From assembly GCA_010672785.1 (NCBI GenBank), contig JAAHFX010000009.1, positions 2,690-66,689 of the forward strand: a stretch of DNA of 64,000 nt. The letters are read 5' to 3'. Of this stretch, positions 27,851 through 37,911 are shown piece after piece; within the stretch, counting starts at the first letter, position 1, and every line of letters begins with the position of its first letter. This DNA is from Sphaerospermopsis sp. SIO1G1. GTDB taxonomy: Bacteria > Cyanobacteriota > Cyanobacteriia > Cyanobacteriales > Nostocaceae. A program made the translations under genes and the position numbers. The notes under the pieces were generated by a model. It did not search any database. It was not told the DNA's origin and worked only from the letters and a program-made list of their open reading frames with translations.

Positions 27851-28363
27851 TCAAACATCAAAATGATATGATATGCTGCCTTCTTCATTCACTTGAAAAT
27901 TGGCGTTAAATTCTTTAGCTTTTTGATCTAAAAATTGTTTCGCTTCCGCTGCTGGTAACTGTGATTGCATGGCAAAACCCAACAAAGTGATTTTACCGTC
28001 ATTTGCTTGTAATAGTTGATAAAACTGAGATAATCTTTCTTGTTCTTGTAAATGTAGATTTCTTTGCTCTTCCTGCATCAATGCTTTGGCACTTTGTCGC
28101 TTTTGTTTACACATTCCCAACACTAACCATCCACCCAACAGTGCAGTCGGAATACCAAACATCAAACCCTGAGTAGCTGTATGATCAAGTTGATATAATG
28201 CCTCTGTGTTAATAAAATCTTTACCTACATCCTGACTTTCAATACTTAATAAAGTAGGTTTGAGGGTTGTGTGTTTTGTAATTACTGCTGATCCTGACGT
28301 AGTTAAAAACATGAATCCGAGTGTAAGCAGCCAACCAGCAGCAAATTTTTCCGCCGTCTTCAT
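27851..28363 (-). CDS. Conserved cyanobacterial hypothetical membrane protein
   Basis: Two TM segments, then a C-terminal winged-helix-like GKITLLGFAMQSQL...AKQFLDQKAKEFNA. Confidence 0.65.
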   Translation of the reverse strand: MKTAEKFAAGWLLTLGFMFLTTSGSAVITKHTTLKPTLLSIESQDVGKDFINTEALYQLDHTATQGLMFGIPTALLGGWLVLGMCKQKRQSAKALMQEEQRNLHLQEQERLSQFYQLLQANDGKITLLGFAMQSQLPAAEAKQFLDQKAKEFNANFQVNEEGSISYHFDV

Positions 28364-28437
28364 AGTTTTCTAGATTTTAGACTATAGTTTGCAATTTTAA
28401 CCTGACTTGAGTAGAACTTCCAGTGATTTAATCTCGG

Positions 28438-29994
28438 TTAGTCTGGCCTTGATCTTTGCACCCAATACAAATAATATCTTTCTGTATTTACCCATGCTTT
28501 CTCGAATTTTTGGATGGGAATAACTTTTAAGTTATTTACTTTTGATTGTAACTCTTGATGCAAAATTAGTAATATTTTTTCAACTTGTAGTTTCTCCTGC
28601 ATAAGAGATTCAATTTGCCTGAAAACTTCCGGTTGTTCAACTTCCTTTCTTCCTGCTTTGAACAAAGTAAAACTTCCCATTGTTTGTAATTCAGGATAGT
28701 ATAACTGACGATTTAAATAACCAGAAATTGCTGCCATATTGGCATCTCTACTAGCGACAATAAATTCATTGTCAAAGTTATTTTTTTGAATATATTCAAC
28801 AGTCGCACGACTGGCAGAAAAAGGGATGATCAAATCCCTAGTAAATCCATATATCCCTCCAAAAAATTGCATATACAGCGAAATCATGAAAATGATATGT
28901 TGCCATTTACAGGCAAATTTAAAAATCTTTTGATAATTTTTAAAAGGGTAATTCCATATTTTCCCGATTAAATTGGAATCTGGGTAATAACTTTCTAACC
29001 ATAAAGCCGCTATCAAAGCTATGTAAAAATGTCCAAAATGTCTATGTCCAGAACCAGCAAATCTGAGATATGCAAAGGTAATAATTTCTAAATTAACTAA
29101 AAGATAGAAAAACAAGGGAATAGGTTTTTTTGATAATTTAATGACTGTAAAAACCATTGTTAAGCCGGCAATAATACCACATCCAATTAAATCCAACCAC
29201 CTCTTTGATGTGGGAATAATTAAATAGTAACCACCAAAAAACTTTCCTAAAGTTTTGAATATATGTTTGATATCTAATGTAGTTAACCAACCATCACTTA
29301 AACCTCCATGCAAATAACTATCAGCCGGAGGAGTGATCATAGATATTGCCAAGAAATAGCTAGCAACGATAATTATCAAACTAATAATTAAATCATATTT
29401 TTTTGCTTGTTGAGAATACTCATTTCTATGTTCAATATCAAAACATAATTCTACTAATAATGTGACTATTAGGGCAAAAGAAATGAATACAGCATAGGCA
29501 TTAGTATTGGCTAATAATCCCAACAGTAAAGATAGTAAAATATAGGTTTTCTTTCTAGAGGCAAAAAATACACATACGGCAAATACTAATAACATTCCAT
29601 AGGCATAGTTGCGGGAAATTAAAAGAAATTCATAAAAAGGTAAATAACTAAATGTAAAAAGAAACTTTTGCCGATAATTAAAGGGACTATATAGCCAAAT
29701 AATTATAATAGAAGAAATAGCCAGTCCTAAATGAAATAGCTGCATAATAATAGGGTTATCTATTATTGACATTAAAACAGCCAAAGAGAAATACCAAATA
29801 ACTGGATGTCCTTCATAACTAATATTATTAATTAAATCGGTAAAAGATTGACTATATTTGACAATTAACCAAGGATTTAATTCATCTCTCCACATAGAAT
29901 GATTGAGAATACCGATTAATCCTAAAATAGAGAATATAAATATAATCAGCCAAGGCGATCGCCAGTTCAAATTTGATATCTTTGTAGATGTCAT
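28438..29994 (-). CDS. Polytopic membrane protein, probable GT-C fold glycosyltransferase
   Basis: First loop MWRDE...YEGHP, ISRNY, about 11 TM segments and a C-terminal soluble domain. Confidence 0.6.
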   Translation of the reverse strand: MTSTKISNLNWRSPWLIIFIFSILGLIGILNHSMWRDELNPWLIVKYSQSFTDLINNISYEGHPVIWYFSLAVLMSIIDNPIIMQLFHLGLAISSIIIIWLYSPFNYRQKFLFTFSYLPFYEFLLISRNYAYGMLLVFAVCVFFASRKKTYILLSLLLGLLANTNAYAVFISFALIVTLLVELCFDIEHRNEYSQQAKKYDLIISLIIIVASYFLAISMITPPADSYLHGGLSDGWLTTLDIKHIFKTLGKFFGGYYLIIPTSKRWLDLIGCGIIAGLTMVFTVIKLSKKPIPLFFYLLVNLEIITFAYLRFAGSGHRHFGHFYIALIAALWLESYYPDSNLIGKIWNYPFKNYQKIFKFACKWQHIIFMISLYMQFFGGIYGFTRDLIIPFSASRATVEYIQKNNFDNEFIVASRDANMAAISGYLNRQLYYPELQTMGSFTLFKAGRKEVEQPEVFRQIESLMQEKLQVEKILLILHQELQSKVNNLKVIPIQKFEKAWVNTERYYLYWVQRSRPD

Positions 29995-30229
29995 CCTAAT
30001 TTATTTCCTGTTTCCTACTTTCTCAAACTAAAAACTTTTTCTATTACATATATAACAACTGCCATTTAAAACCTGAAAAATACAAATCGCAGTAAATTTA
30101 GATAATACAGCAAATTGCAGATAAATCAGGTACAGAATCTAAATTCAAATCTAGATATAAAAGCGATTTTACTTCTGACTCCTGACTCCTGAAATATGCT
30201 GTATATTTACTGCGACTTTCCGAAAATTA

Positions 30230-30913
30230 TTACCGGGTAGCTTCCAACAAACTAGAGAAATAGAAACTAGTTCGAGTCATGGCTTTTCTTTGGACTTTAA
30301 AGCCATTTTTTTCTAGAATTTTCATGACATCCACTTCACGGTGTAAGTATGCACGAGTTGCCTTACTAGGGCCTGGAAAAAAACTACCTATTTTCTTGAG
30401 GATAGAAAGGAAAAAGGTTTTAGGTGCAAAACTTAAAATAATGCGAGATTCTGCCAAAGAACAGAGGTGAGAAATCATCTCATCTGCTTTATCTTGGGGG
30501 TAATGAATCAACACATCTAGACAAATAACCGTGTGATAACTACCATTTAAAGATTCTAAATCCTGCACTGCAAAATTGGGATTAACAGTATTCTTAAATA
30601 CTGCTGCTGCGCGATCCTGGGCTTCTGATACCATTTTGGCAGATATATCACTGGCATACACCTTAGCACCTTCAGATACTAGGGGAAGACTGAGACTACC
30701 GACACCACACCCAGCATCACAGATTGATAACTCAGATAAATTGTTATCATCTTTGAGCCAGCCGATGACAGTATCCACGGTTTGCTGATGGCCAGTACGA
30801 ATATCCAACTGAACCTTGTTGACTTCTCCATCTCCATAGATGCGTCTCCAGCGGTCAAAACCTGTGGAATTAAAGTATTCACGTACTATTGTTTTATCGT
30901 CGGCTGCGTTCAT
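30230..30913 (-). CDS. chlM: Mg-protoporphyrin IX methyltransferase
   Basis: YFNSTGFDRWRRIYG, CDAGCGVGSL, CLDVLIHYP, SFAPKT, RAYLH. Confidence 0.96.
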   Translation of the reverse strand: MNAADDKTIVREYFNSTGFDRWRRIYGDGEVNKVQLDIRTGHQQTVDTVIGWLKDDNNLSELSICDAGCGVGSLSLPLVSEGAKVYASDISAKMVSEAQDRAAAVFKNTVNPNFAVQDLESLNGSYHTVICLDVLIHYPQDKADEMISHLCSLAESRIILSFAPKTFFLSILKKIGSFFPGPSKATRAYLHREVDVMKILEKNGFKVQRKAMTRTSFYFSSLLEATR

Positions 30914-30973
30914 GTCCTTGACTGTTGAGGGTTGATATTTCTTAAGATTATTATCTCAGGGAAATAGTGAACA

Positions 30974-31055
30974 GGGAATGGGGAGTTGGGGTGATGGGGT
31001 GATGGGGTGATGGGGTGATGGGGAGAGGGGGAGAGGGGGTGATGGGGTGTTGGGG
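30974..31055. repeat. Short tandem repeats (GGGGTGATG)n and GGGAGA variants
   Basis: Visible G-rich tandem units between chlM and nagA. Confidence 0.85.
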
Positions 31056-31101
31056 AGAAAAATTAGATTCTTTATTCCCCTGCACCCTGCACCCTGCCTC
31101 C

Positions 31102-32292
31102 TTACGATGTCAGCCGTTGCCAAGATAATTCTTTTTTGTCTTCTTCCCAGTGCCAACGTAATAAACTAGCTATTTGACCTGCTGTAAGTTTGGGTATGTT
31201 AATAGCCTGTCTGGGCGCATCTGTGGCTAAGTAAATAGCTGTTTCTACATCACAAATTCCCCATTTGACTAAGTTTTGTACTCCTATTAATAGGGGTAGA
31301 GTTGTACCAGATAAAGTGCCGTCTACTAATTTTGCAGTGCCTTTTTTAACTGTTATTTTTCGATTATCCCAAGGATATACACCATCTGGTAATCCTAAAG
31401 GTGCTAGGGCATCACTAACCAGAAATAATCCTTTACTGGCACGCAGCAAAATTTCTAACATGATTGGCACAACGTGTTGTCCATCAGCGATAAAGCTAGA
31501 CATCACATTAGCCTCATTCATGGCTGCACCTAATAATCCTGGTTCACGGTGGTGTAATGGTGGCATGGCATTGAAAGCATGAGTCACCATTGTTGCACCT
31601 GCGTTAAAGGCTTTTTTTGCTTGTGCTGCTGTTGCTTGGGAATGTCCTAAACTGACAGTAATTCCCAAGGAATGCAAATATGGAATGACTTCACCTGTAA
31701 TATCTAATTCAGGAGCTAAAGTCATAATTTTCACTAAATGTCCATAGTCACCTAATACCCTCCTGACATCATTCATAGTCAGAGGTAATAGATACTCAGC
31801 AGGATGAGCGCCTCTTTTCCCATAGTTTAAAAATGGCCCTTCTAAATGGACTCCGAGGATTTTCGCTCCTGATTTTTGTTGATAGTTGGCAATTAGAGAT
31901 AGCGATCGCTGAATGTTTTCAATAGAAGTCGTCACCAAGGTTGGTAAATAGCCATCAACCCCTGCATCCCATAAATATTGGGATATTTCTGCTAATTTAT
32001 GGATGTTTTTGGGTGTTAACTCAGGAAATGCTAAACCAAGCCCTCCATTAATTTGTAAATCAACACCACCTAAAGAAATCCAATCACCTGCTACATCTAA
32101 AATCTGTAAATCTGCTGGTGAAACTCTTTTGCAGACTATACCCATAGGCAAAATTTGCTCAATGATGCCATCTTCATTTACCCAAATCATCTGTAAATCT
32201 TGATAACCGGGTACTCTTGCATTGATAATATCTACATTTGAGAGGATGGGAGTTGGTGTTGCTTTGGTCATTACCCTAGCCAGAAACAGCAA
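31102..32292 (-). CDS. nagA: N-acetylglucosamine-6-phosphate deacetylase
   Basis: GVDLQING, HLEGPFL, RGAHP, TLAPE, LGHS, THAFNAM, ADGQHV, LVSDA. A start at ATG 32271 is likely. Confidence 0.95.
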   Translation of the reverse strand: MLFLARVMTKATPTPILSNVDIINARVPGYQDLQMIWVNEDGIIEQILPMGIVCKRVSPADLQILDVAGDWISLGGVDLQINGGLGLAFPELTPKNIHKLAEISQYLWDAGVDGYLPTLVTTSIENIQRSLSLIANYQQKSGAKILGVHLEGPFLNYGKRGAHPAEYLLPLTMNDVRRVLGDYGHLVKIMTLAPELDITGEVIPYLHSLGITVSLGHSQATAAQAKKAFNAGATMVTHAFNAMPPLHHREPGLLGAAMNEANVMSSFIADGQHVVPIMLEILLRASKGLFLVSDALAPLGLPDGVYPWDNRKITVKKGTAKLVDGTLSGTTLPLLIGVQNLVKWGICDVETAIYLATDAPRQAINIPKLTAGQIASLLRWHWEEDKKELSWQRLTS

Positions 32293-32401
32293 AATCTGAA
32301 ACGATTGTAAGCTGTAGGCAACAAGTAAACATCTCTAATTAATCAAAAATCCAAATTCTATAACGGCTTCCAGTAATTAACTGTTAGTAGTAAGCCAGAA
32401 A

Positions 32402-32627
32402 GTCCTTGTTAGTTAAGGCTTTGTAGTTTATAAGTACCTAAGCAAAATTAATTTAACATTTTCGGAACAAATAAAAATCTCTGTAGCTCTTACCTATTCC
32501 CTGTTCCCTATTCCCTATTCCCTCTCCAAAATATAAAATTTATTTTACACGACGACTTATCTAAAAATCTAAAATTCTATGAGTTTGCAAGTTGGTATTA
32601 TTATGGGCAGTGATTCGGATCTGCCTA
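32402..32627 (+). repeat. Copy 1 of a ~230-bp direct repeat (purE upstream region plus first 16 codons)
   Basis: Near-identical to 33700-33938. Confidence 0.92.
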
Positions 32628-33091
32628 CTATGCAAGATGCGATCGCAGTTTGTGAAGAGTTTGGTATTGAATGTGAAGTGGCTATAGTTTCTGCCCATCG
32701 TACCCCAGAAAGAATGGTTGAATATGCTCAAACTGCACATAAACGCGGTATCAAAGTAATCATTGCGGGTGCTGGTGGAGCGGCACATCTCCCTGGTATG
32801 GTAGCAGCTTTAACACCCCTCCCTGTAATCGGTGTTCCTGTTGCTACTCGGAATTTACAAGGTGTAGATTCTTTGTATTCTATTGTGCAAATGCCTGGTG
32901 GTATTCCTGTTGCTACGGTAGCTATTGGTAATGCTAAAAATGCCGGACTTTTAGCGGTGCAAATTCTTGCTACCCATCAACCAGACTTATTAGCACAAGT
33001 GCAAGCATATCGGCAAAGTTTATCTGATATGGTCATGGAAAAGCAAAGTAAATTAGAAGAATTAGGATATCAAAAATATTTAAAACAATAA
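32579..33091 (+). CDS. purE: N5-carboxyaminoimidazole ribonucleotide mutase
   Basis: [40 protein letters not shown]. Confidence 0.97.
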   Translation: MSLQVGIIMGSDSDLPTMQDAIAVCEEFGIECEVAIVSAHRTPERMVEYAQTAHKRGIKVIIAGAGGAAHLPGMVAALTPLPVIGVPVATRNLQGVDSLYSIVQMPGGIPVATVAIGNAKNAGLLAVQILATHQPDLLAQVQAYRQSLSDMVMEKQSKLEELGYQKYLKQ

Positions 33092-33270
33092 GTAGGGGTT
33101 GCAGCAAAAAGTGATTGGTGATTGGTGATTGGTGACTAGGGAACTCTTAACAGGGAACAGTTTTAGCCTATTGGTAAGGAAAGAATTTTTAGCAAAAGTG
33201 CAAGGTTTTCATGTGCTGCTCCTCAAATATCTTGCACTTTTTGAATTTCACACAATGTAGGGGCAAACCC

Positions 33271-33350
33271 CCCGTGGTTGCCCGAAAAACCCGTGGTTTA
33301 CCCCAAAAATCCGTGGTTGCCCGAAAAACCCGTGGTTTGCCCCAAAAATC
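33271..33350. repeat. Tandem amplification of a REP-like arm (four 19-20 bp units forming a 39-bp period)
   Basis: CCGTGGTTGCCCGAAAAAC and CCGTGGTTT(A/G)CCCCAAAAAT alternate twice, following GTAGGGGCAAACCCCCGTGGTTGCCC. Confidence 0.85.
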
Positions 33351-33377
33351 TGTGCATTACGGCGTTCAGTGTTTATT

Positions 33378-33470
33378 AGGACTTACCCAGAAGCTATGGA
33401 AAAAACGAACCACAGAGGCACAGAGAACACAGAGGAATGAGGGTTGAAAGAGATATTTTGCGTAAGTCAT
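33378..33470. mobile_element. MITE-like repeat, family A
   Basis: AGGACTTACCCA...TGCGTAAGTCAT. Confidence 0.75.
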
Positions 33471-33472
33471 GT

Positions 33473-33598
33473 TTATTTTGAATCAGAAGAATGCTTACCT
33501 TTTCCTTTGATGCGTGCAGCTAAAGAACCTATCCCAAAAACACAAACCGCTAATGCTGATGATGGTTCAGGAATTGACTGACTAACATCTACACGGAT
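33473..33598 (-). pseudogene. Orphan PEP-CTERM sorting-signal tail
   Basis: Manual translation IRVDVSQSIPEPSSALAVCVFGIGSLAARIKGKGKHSSDSK*; upstream the frame runs into a repeat element and stops. Confidence 0.72.
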
Positions 33599-33604
33599 AT
33601 CAGA

Positions 33605-33699
33605 TGCAAAAATCCTGGGATTGCTTCCCTACACTATGGCTAACGCCACCCTTCGCGGATGTTTCAGTCGCAATGACAAATCTTCGTTGCGTAAGTCCT
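33605..33699. mobile_element. Repeat element, family A2 (GATTGCTTCC...GTCGCAATGAC core, GCGTAAGTCCT end)
   Basis: Near-identical to 48775-48869; shorter versions at ~43200-43284 and 57160-57250. Confidence 0.78.
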
Positions 33700-33938
33700 G
33701 TCCTTGTTGATTAAGGCTTTGTAGTTTATAAGTACCTAAGCAAAATTAATTTAACATTTTCATTTAACATTTTCGGAACAAATAACAATCTCTGTAGTTC
33801 TTCCCTGTTCTTTGTTCCCTATTCCCTATTCCCTCTCCAAAATATAAAATTTATTTTGCACGACGACTTATCTAAAAATCTAAAATTTTATGAGTTTGCA
33901 AGTTGGTATTATTATGGGCAGTGATTCGGATCTGCCTA
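33700..33938 (+). repeat. Copy 2 of the purE 5' direct repeat
   Basis: Matches 32402-32627 with an extra 13-bp ATTTAACATTTTC duplication. Confidence 0.92.
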
Positions 33939-33943
33939 ATTAG
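33890..33943 (+). pseudogene. purE: purE 5' fragment ([17 protein letters not shown])
   Basis: First 16 codons identical to purE, then a stop codon at the junction with TAGAGGATGTTTTAAAAGT. Confidence 0.88.
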
Positions 33944-33985
33944 AGGATGTTTTAAAAGTCGCTAATAAAAAAAGGATCATAAAGG

Positions 33986-34105
33986 GTATCCCTCTTCTGT
34001 TACTTTCCTAAATTATAAGGAATTTTCGTCATTACAGCCAACAACACCTAACGACAGAATTAAGGTTTGACCCACATTTTTCGCAGTCTGACAGAAGAGG
34101 GATAC
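33986..34105. repeat. Perfect 15-bp inverted repeat pair enclosing 90 bp
   Basis: GTATCCCTCTTCTGT at 33986-34000 and ACAGAAGAGGGATAC at 34091-34105. Confidence 0.85.
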
Positions 34106-34222
34106 TCTGATTCAGCAAAACCTATTTAATCTATCTTCAGACAGATACGACTAAACTTTTTTGCTGTATTATACTAGTAATAATAAAAAAGTTATTTAAC
34201 TCTAAGATTAGTAGGCTATTCT

Positions 34223-35833
34223 ATGTTTAGAAATCAACTTTCTGAAAAGAAAATCCGTATTATTCGATGGGTACTAGTAATACTTTGGATAATCTTAATT
34301 GCATCTTTGTTTTATGATCCTGTTTCGTCCTATCTGACTTCTCCAGAGACCAAATGGAGTCCTCTGAAAATTGCTCTTGGATGTGTTCTTTTATTTCAGG
34401 GAGAATGTCTGCAAGATAAACCATATCCCCTGGGAACTACGATTTTTTGGGGTGCGGTCATCCCTGGTGCAGTCATGATGTTATTAGTTTTTGGTCATGA
34501 AACATGGCGACGTATTTGTCCTCTATCTTTCTTATCACAAATTCCCAGAGCTTTAAATATTCAGCGTAAACGTAAGAAAGTTAGCAAGATAGGTAAAGTT
34601 AGCTATGAATTAGTTAGAGTAGGTCAAGATTCTTGGTTAGGACGCAATCATCTATATCTCCAATTTGGACTCCTATTCTTAGGTTTAAGTCTGAGAATTC
34701 TCTTGATTAATTCTGAACGTTTACTGCTAGGAATTTTCTTAATTCTCACTATCTTTTCAGCAATTACAGTAGGGTATTTATTTGCTGGTAAAAGTTGGTG
34801 TCATTATTTCTGTCCAATGGCTCCAGTGCAGATGGTTTATAATGGACCTCGTGGTCTGTTAGGAAGTAAAACACATAAAGATCAGAAGTTAAAGCTTACC
34901 CAGTCTACCTGTCGGACAATTGATGCTAATGGTCAGGAAAAAAATGCTTGTGTAGCTTGTCAAAAACCTTGTCTTGATATTGATGCAGAAAATTCTTATT
35001 GGAAAGGACTGAATAAACCAGGTCGGAAATTAGTCCAGTATGGTTATCTAGGAATAGTAATTGGTTTCTATCTCTACTATTGGTTCTATTCAGGTACTTT
35101 GGAGTACTACTACTCTGGGATTTGGACTCATGAAGGAGATCAATTAGCAAACCTTTTCAATCCTGGATTTTTTCTGAATGGTCAGACAATTCCTATCCCT
35201 AGAATAATTGCTGTTCCTTTCACCTTAGCGTTTTTTATCGGACTAAGTTATTTTGTTTTTAATCACCTAGAAAAAGTTTATCGTAGTTATCAAATTCGTA
35301 TTCAGAAACCTCTTGAAAAAATACAAGTCCAGCACATAGTTTTTTCCATTTCAACCTTTGTTGTTTTTAACATTTATTTTTTATTTGCTGGTCGTCCACT
35401 GACTAGGTTACTTCCACCAATTGTAGAACTAAGTTTTAATGCTTTGGTAATCATGGTTAGTACCTTGTGGCTATACAAAACTTTGCGTCGGACTGAAGAA
35501 AAGTATATCCGGGAAAAGCTAACCCAGAGTTTACGTCGTCAATTGCAACAACTTCCCTTTGATTTATCCAAATATCTAAAAGGTTCTTCTGTAGAACAAC
35601 TAAACTCCTATGAGGTTCATATTCTTGCCAAGGTCATACCAAGTTTTAGCCAAGAAAAAAGCTTGCAACTTTATAAAGAAATGCTGCGAGAGCTTTTACA
35701 ACAAGGATGTGTGAGTTCTGTTAACAGTTTGGAAACTTTACAAGACATTCGCAAGGAATTGGATATCTCAGAAGAGAAACATTTTGCAATTTTAAATGAG
35801 TTGAGTAGTGAAAATCCCAACTTCGTTTTGTAG
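34223..35833 (+). CDS. Polytopic membrane 4Fe-4S-binding protein (NosR/YccM-like ferredoxin family)
   Basis: WRRICPLSF, WCHYFCPMAP, C-x13-CVACQKPCLDID; multiple TM segments. Confidence 0.72.
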   Translation: MFRNQLSEKKIRIIRWVLVILWIILIASLFYDPVSSYLTSPETKWSPLKIALGCVLLFQGECLQDKPYPLGTTIFWGAVIPGAVMMLLVFGHETWRRICPLSFLSQIPRALNIQRKRKKVSKIGKVSYELVRVGQDSWLGRNHLYLQFGLLFLGLSLRILLINSERLLLGIFLILTIFSAITVGYLFAGKSWCHYFCPMAPVQMVYNGPRGLLGSKTHKDQKLKLTQSTCRTIDANGQEKNACVACQKPCLDIDAENSYWKGLNKPGRKLVQYGYLGIVIGFYLYYWFYSGTLEYYYSGIWTHEGDQLANLFNPGFFLNGQTIPIPRIIAVPFTLAFFIGLSYFVFNHLEKVYRSYQIRIQKPLEKIQVQHIVFSISTFVVFNIYFLFAGRPLTRLLPPIVELSFNALVIMVSTLWLYKTLRRTEEKYIREKLTQSLRRQLQQLPFDLSKYLKGSSVEQLNSYEVHILAKVIPSFSQEKSLQLYKEMLRELLQQGCVSSVNSLETLQDIRKELDISEEKHFAILNELSSENPNFVL

Positions 35834-36142
35834 TATAAGAATGTTGCAAGTTTTTGGTAAATTTTCCCTGGATAGCGAACTGCTTGCAGCAGAGCTTCGC
35901 TATCGCCAAAGGGCTAAAATCCCTACGTTGAAACACTTAATAATTTAAAGGTTTTTTGTGATTTTTGTTAAAGTATCAGCATGTGACATCTTGAAGTGCA
36001 GAATGTGGGATATGACATCTTGTAGGTTTCATAACCCAGTGAACTTATTCTAAAACGGTGCGTTACGCGATCGCTAACACACCCTACCTATTTTTTAGTG
36101 TTTAGTGTTTAATTATTAATCAATTCCTAAAAATAAACAAAA

Positions 36143-36158
36143 TGTATTTTCATATACA
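36143..36158 (+). promoter_or_regulatory. NtcA-binding site (TGTA-N8-TACA) upstream of amt
   Basis: TGTATTTTCATATACA matches the consensus. Confidence 0.72.
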
Positions 36159-36291
36159 GAAAATATTAGAGTGTAGCATACACAATTATGCGATGAAAAA
36201 TTTACTAATTTCAACACAGAAGTTAACATAAATAATTTCTGTATACTTTTGCTTTCAATTCTTAATGATTGAACTAATTAAATTGTAAGAA

Positions 36292-36305
36292 GTATTTCAT
36301 CTTAC
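36292..36305 (+). promoter_or_regulatory. Second NtcA-type site (GTA-N8-TAC) upstream of amt
   Basis: GTATTTCATCTTAC. Confidence 0.55.
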
Positions 36306-36418
36306 ATTTACCGATGATTTAGCAGAATTTTAGCAAAAAATCTTGTGTTATTACCCCAATTAACTTAACTTGTTTGGGTAAGCCAACAGAATAGTTTTAC
36401 AACTTCTATCAGAAAAAA

Positions 36419-37897
36419 ATGAATAAACCTAATCGTTCATTACACCGCCTACTGGCACTAGCTTTAGGCTCAATGGTGTTTGCAATTTTTGCTCCTAGTA
36501 TTGTCCAAGCAGCAGATCCACAAACAGTTGAATCCTTAGCAGAAACAACTAAACAATTACAAATTTCTATTGATACCACCTGGGTACTACTAACCGGTTT
36601 TTTAATTTTCTTTATGCAAACTGGTTTTGCAATGTTGGAAGCCGGTTTACTACGACAAAGGGGAGTCGTTAATGGTTTAATAGAAAACTTTATTGATCCT
36701 TGTATTACCATTCTAGTATGGTGGGCGGTCGGTTTTGGTGTCGCTTTTGGTACAAGTGCTGGGGGTTTTATCGGTACTGATACCTTTTTCCTCAGTCAGT
36801 TACCAGTAGACGGTAGTTACCAAATGGGCGCACCTGGTTCAGAAGCTGGTGTTAATACCTATACTTTATTCTTCTTCCAATTTGCCTTTGCTGCTACCGC
36901 CAGTACCATTACTACAGGTGCAATGGCAGGTAGAGCTAACTTTTTGGGTGATATCATCTACAGTGCTGTTATGGGTGCATTTAGTTATCCCATTATTGTG
37001 CATTGGGTATGGAATAAAGATGGTTGGTTAGGTGGAATGGGTTTCCTTGATTTTGCCGGTAGTGCTGTAGTTCACAGTGTTGGTGCTTGGACAGCTATAG
37101 TTGGTGCATATTTGATTGGCCCCAGACCAGGACGTACAGCTTGGGGAACACTCCCACCCGCACATAATTTGGGTTTAGCAACCTTGGGGGCGATGATTTT
37201 ATGGTTGGGTTGGTTTGGTTTTAACCCCGGTTCAACCTTGGGAACTGGAGATACAGGTTTGATTGGTTTAGTAACCGTTAATACTGCCTTAGCTTCCGGT
37301 GCAGGTGCTTTAGCAGCGATGATTTTCCAACATTTCCGTTCTGGTAAATGGGATTTAACCTATTGTCTCAATGGTGCGTTATCTGGTTTAGTAGGAATTA
37401 CCGCTGGTTGTGCTTTTGTGTTACCTTGGGCGGCAGTTTTAATTGGTCTTACCGGCGGAATTTTAGCGGTTCTAGGAATTGATTTGATTGAAAAGTGCAA
37501 AATTGATGATCCAGTAAGTGCTTTTACAGTACATGGAATCAATGGCATGATGGGTACGATCGCTGTCGGATTTTTAGCTCAAAAAGAATTGACAGGTAAA
37601 GATGGACAACCAGGACTATCAGGATTACTTTTAGGTGGTGGTTTTGATTTACTAGGTGTACAAATTTTAGGTGTAGTAGCGATCGCTGTATTTACCGTTG
37701 CTTTTGCCTTTGTGATGTTTAGTATACTCAAAGCCCTGAAATTACTGCGTGTTGATGCTAAGGCTGATGAAGTTGGCATTGATAATTATGAACACGGTGC
37801 AAGTGTCTGGCCTGATGTTTATGCAATGGGTCAATTTATGGAAGAACAAAAGCACGATCCCAGAAATCCAAATATTAGTGTCATTGACACAGAATAA
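36419..37897 (+). CDS. amt: Ammonium transporter
   Basis: FFMQTGFAMLEAG, FFFQFAFA, DFAGSAVVH, WFGFNPGS, DDPVSAFTVHG. Confidence 0.96.
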   Translation: MNKPNRSLHRLLALALGSMVFAIFAPSIVQAADPQTVESLAETTKQLQISIDTTWVLLTGFLIFFMQTGFAMLEAGLLRQRGVVNGLIENFIDPCITILVWWAVGFGVAFGTSAGGFIGTDTFFLSQLPVDGSYQMGAPGSEAGVNTYTLFFFQFAFAATASTITTGAMAGRANFLGDIIYSAVMGAFSYPIIVHWVWNKDGWLGGMGFLDFAGSAVVHSVGAWTAIVGAYLIGPRPGRTAWGTLPPAHNLGLATLGAMILWLGWFGFNPGSTLGTGDTGLIGLVTVNTALASGAGALAAMIFQHFRSGKWDLTYCLNGALSGLVGITAGCAFVLPWAAVLIGLTGGILAVLGIDLIEKCKIDDPVSAFTVHGINGMMGTIAVGFLAQKELTGKDGQPGLSGLLLGGGFDLLGVQILGVVAIAVFTVAFAFVMFSILKALKLLRVDAKADEVGIDNYEHGASVWPDVYAMGQFMEEQKHDPRNPNISVIDTE

Positions 37898-37911
37898 GAG
37901 GGATCAATGGA

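Noticed and set aside
30956-31156. 66-aa Pro/Ser-rich ORF
   Set aside because: Translation of STRR repeats overlapping the nagA end
33271-33350. Possible CRISPR array
   Set aside because: Units are contiguous with no unique spacers, and no cas genes are in the window
33211-33447. 78-aa ORF with a VVARKTRGLPQKS repeat
   Set aside because: Made of a REP tandem and a MITE; no coding signature
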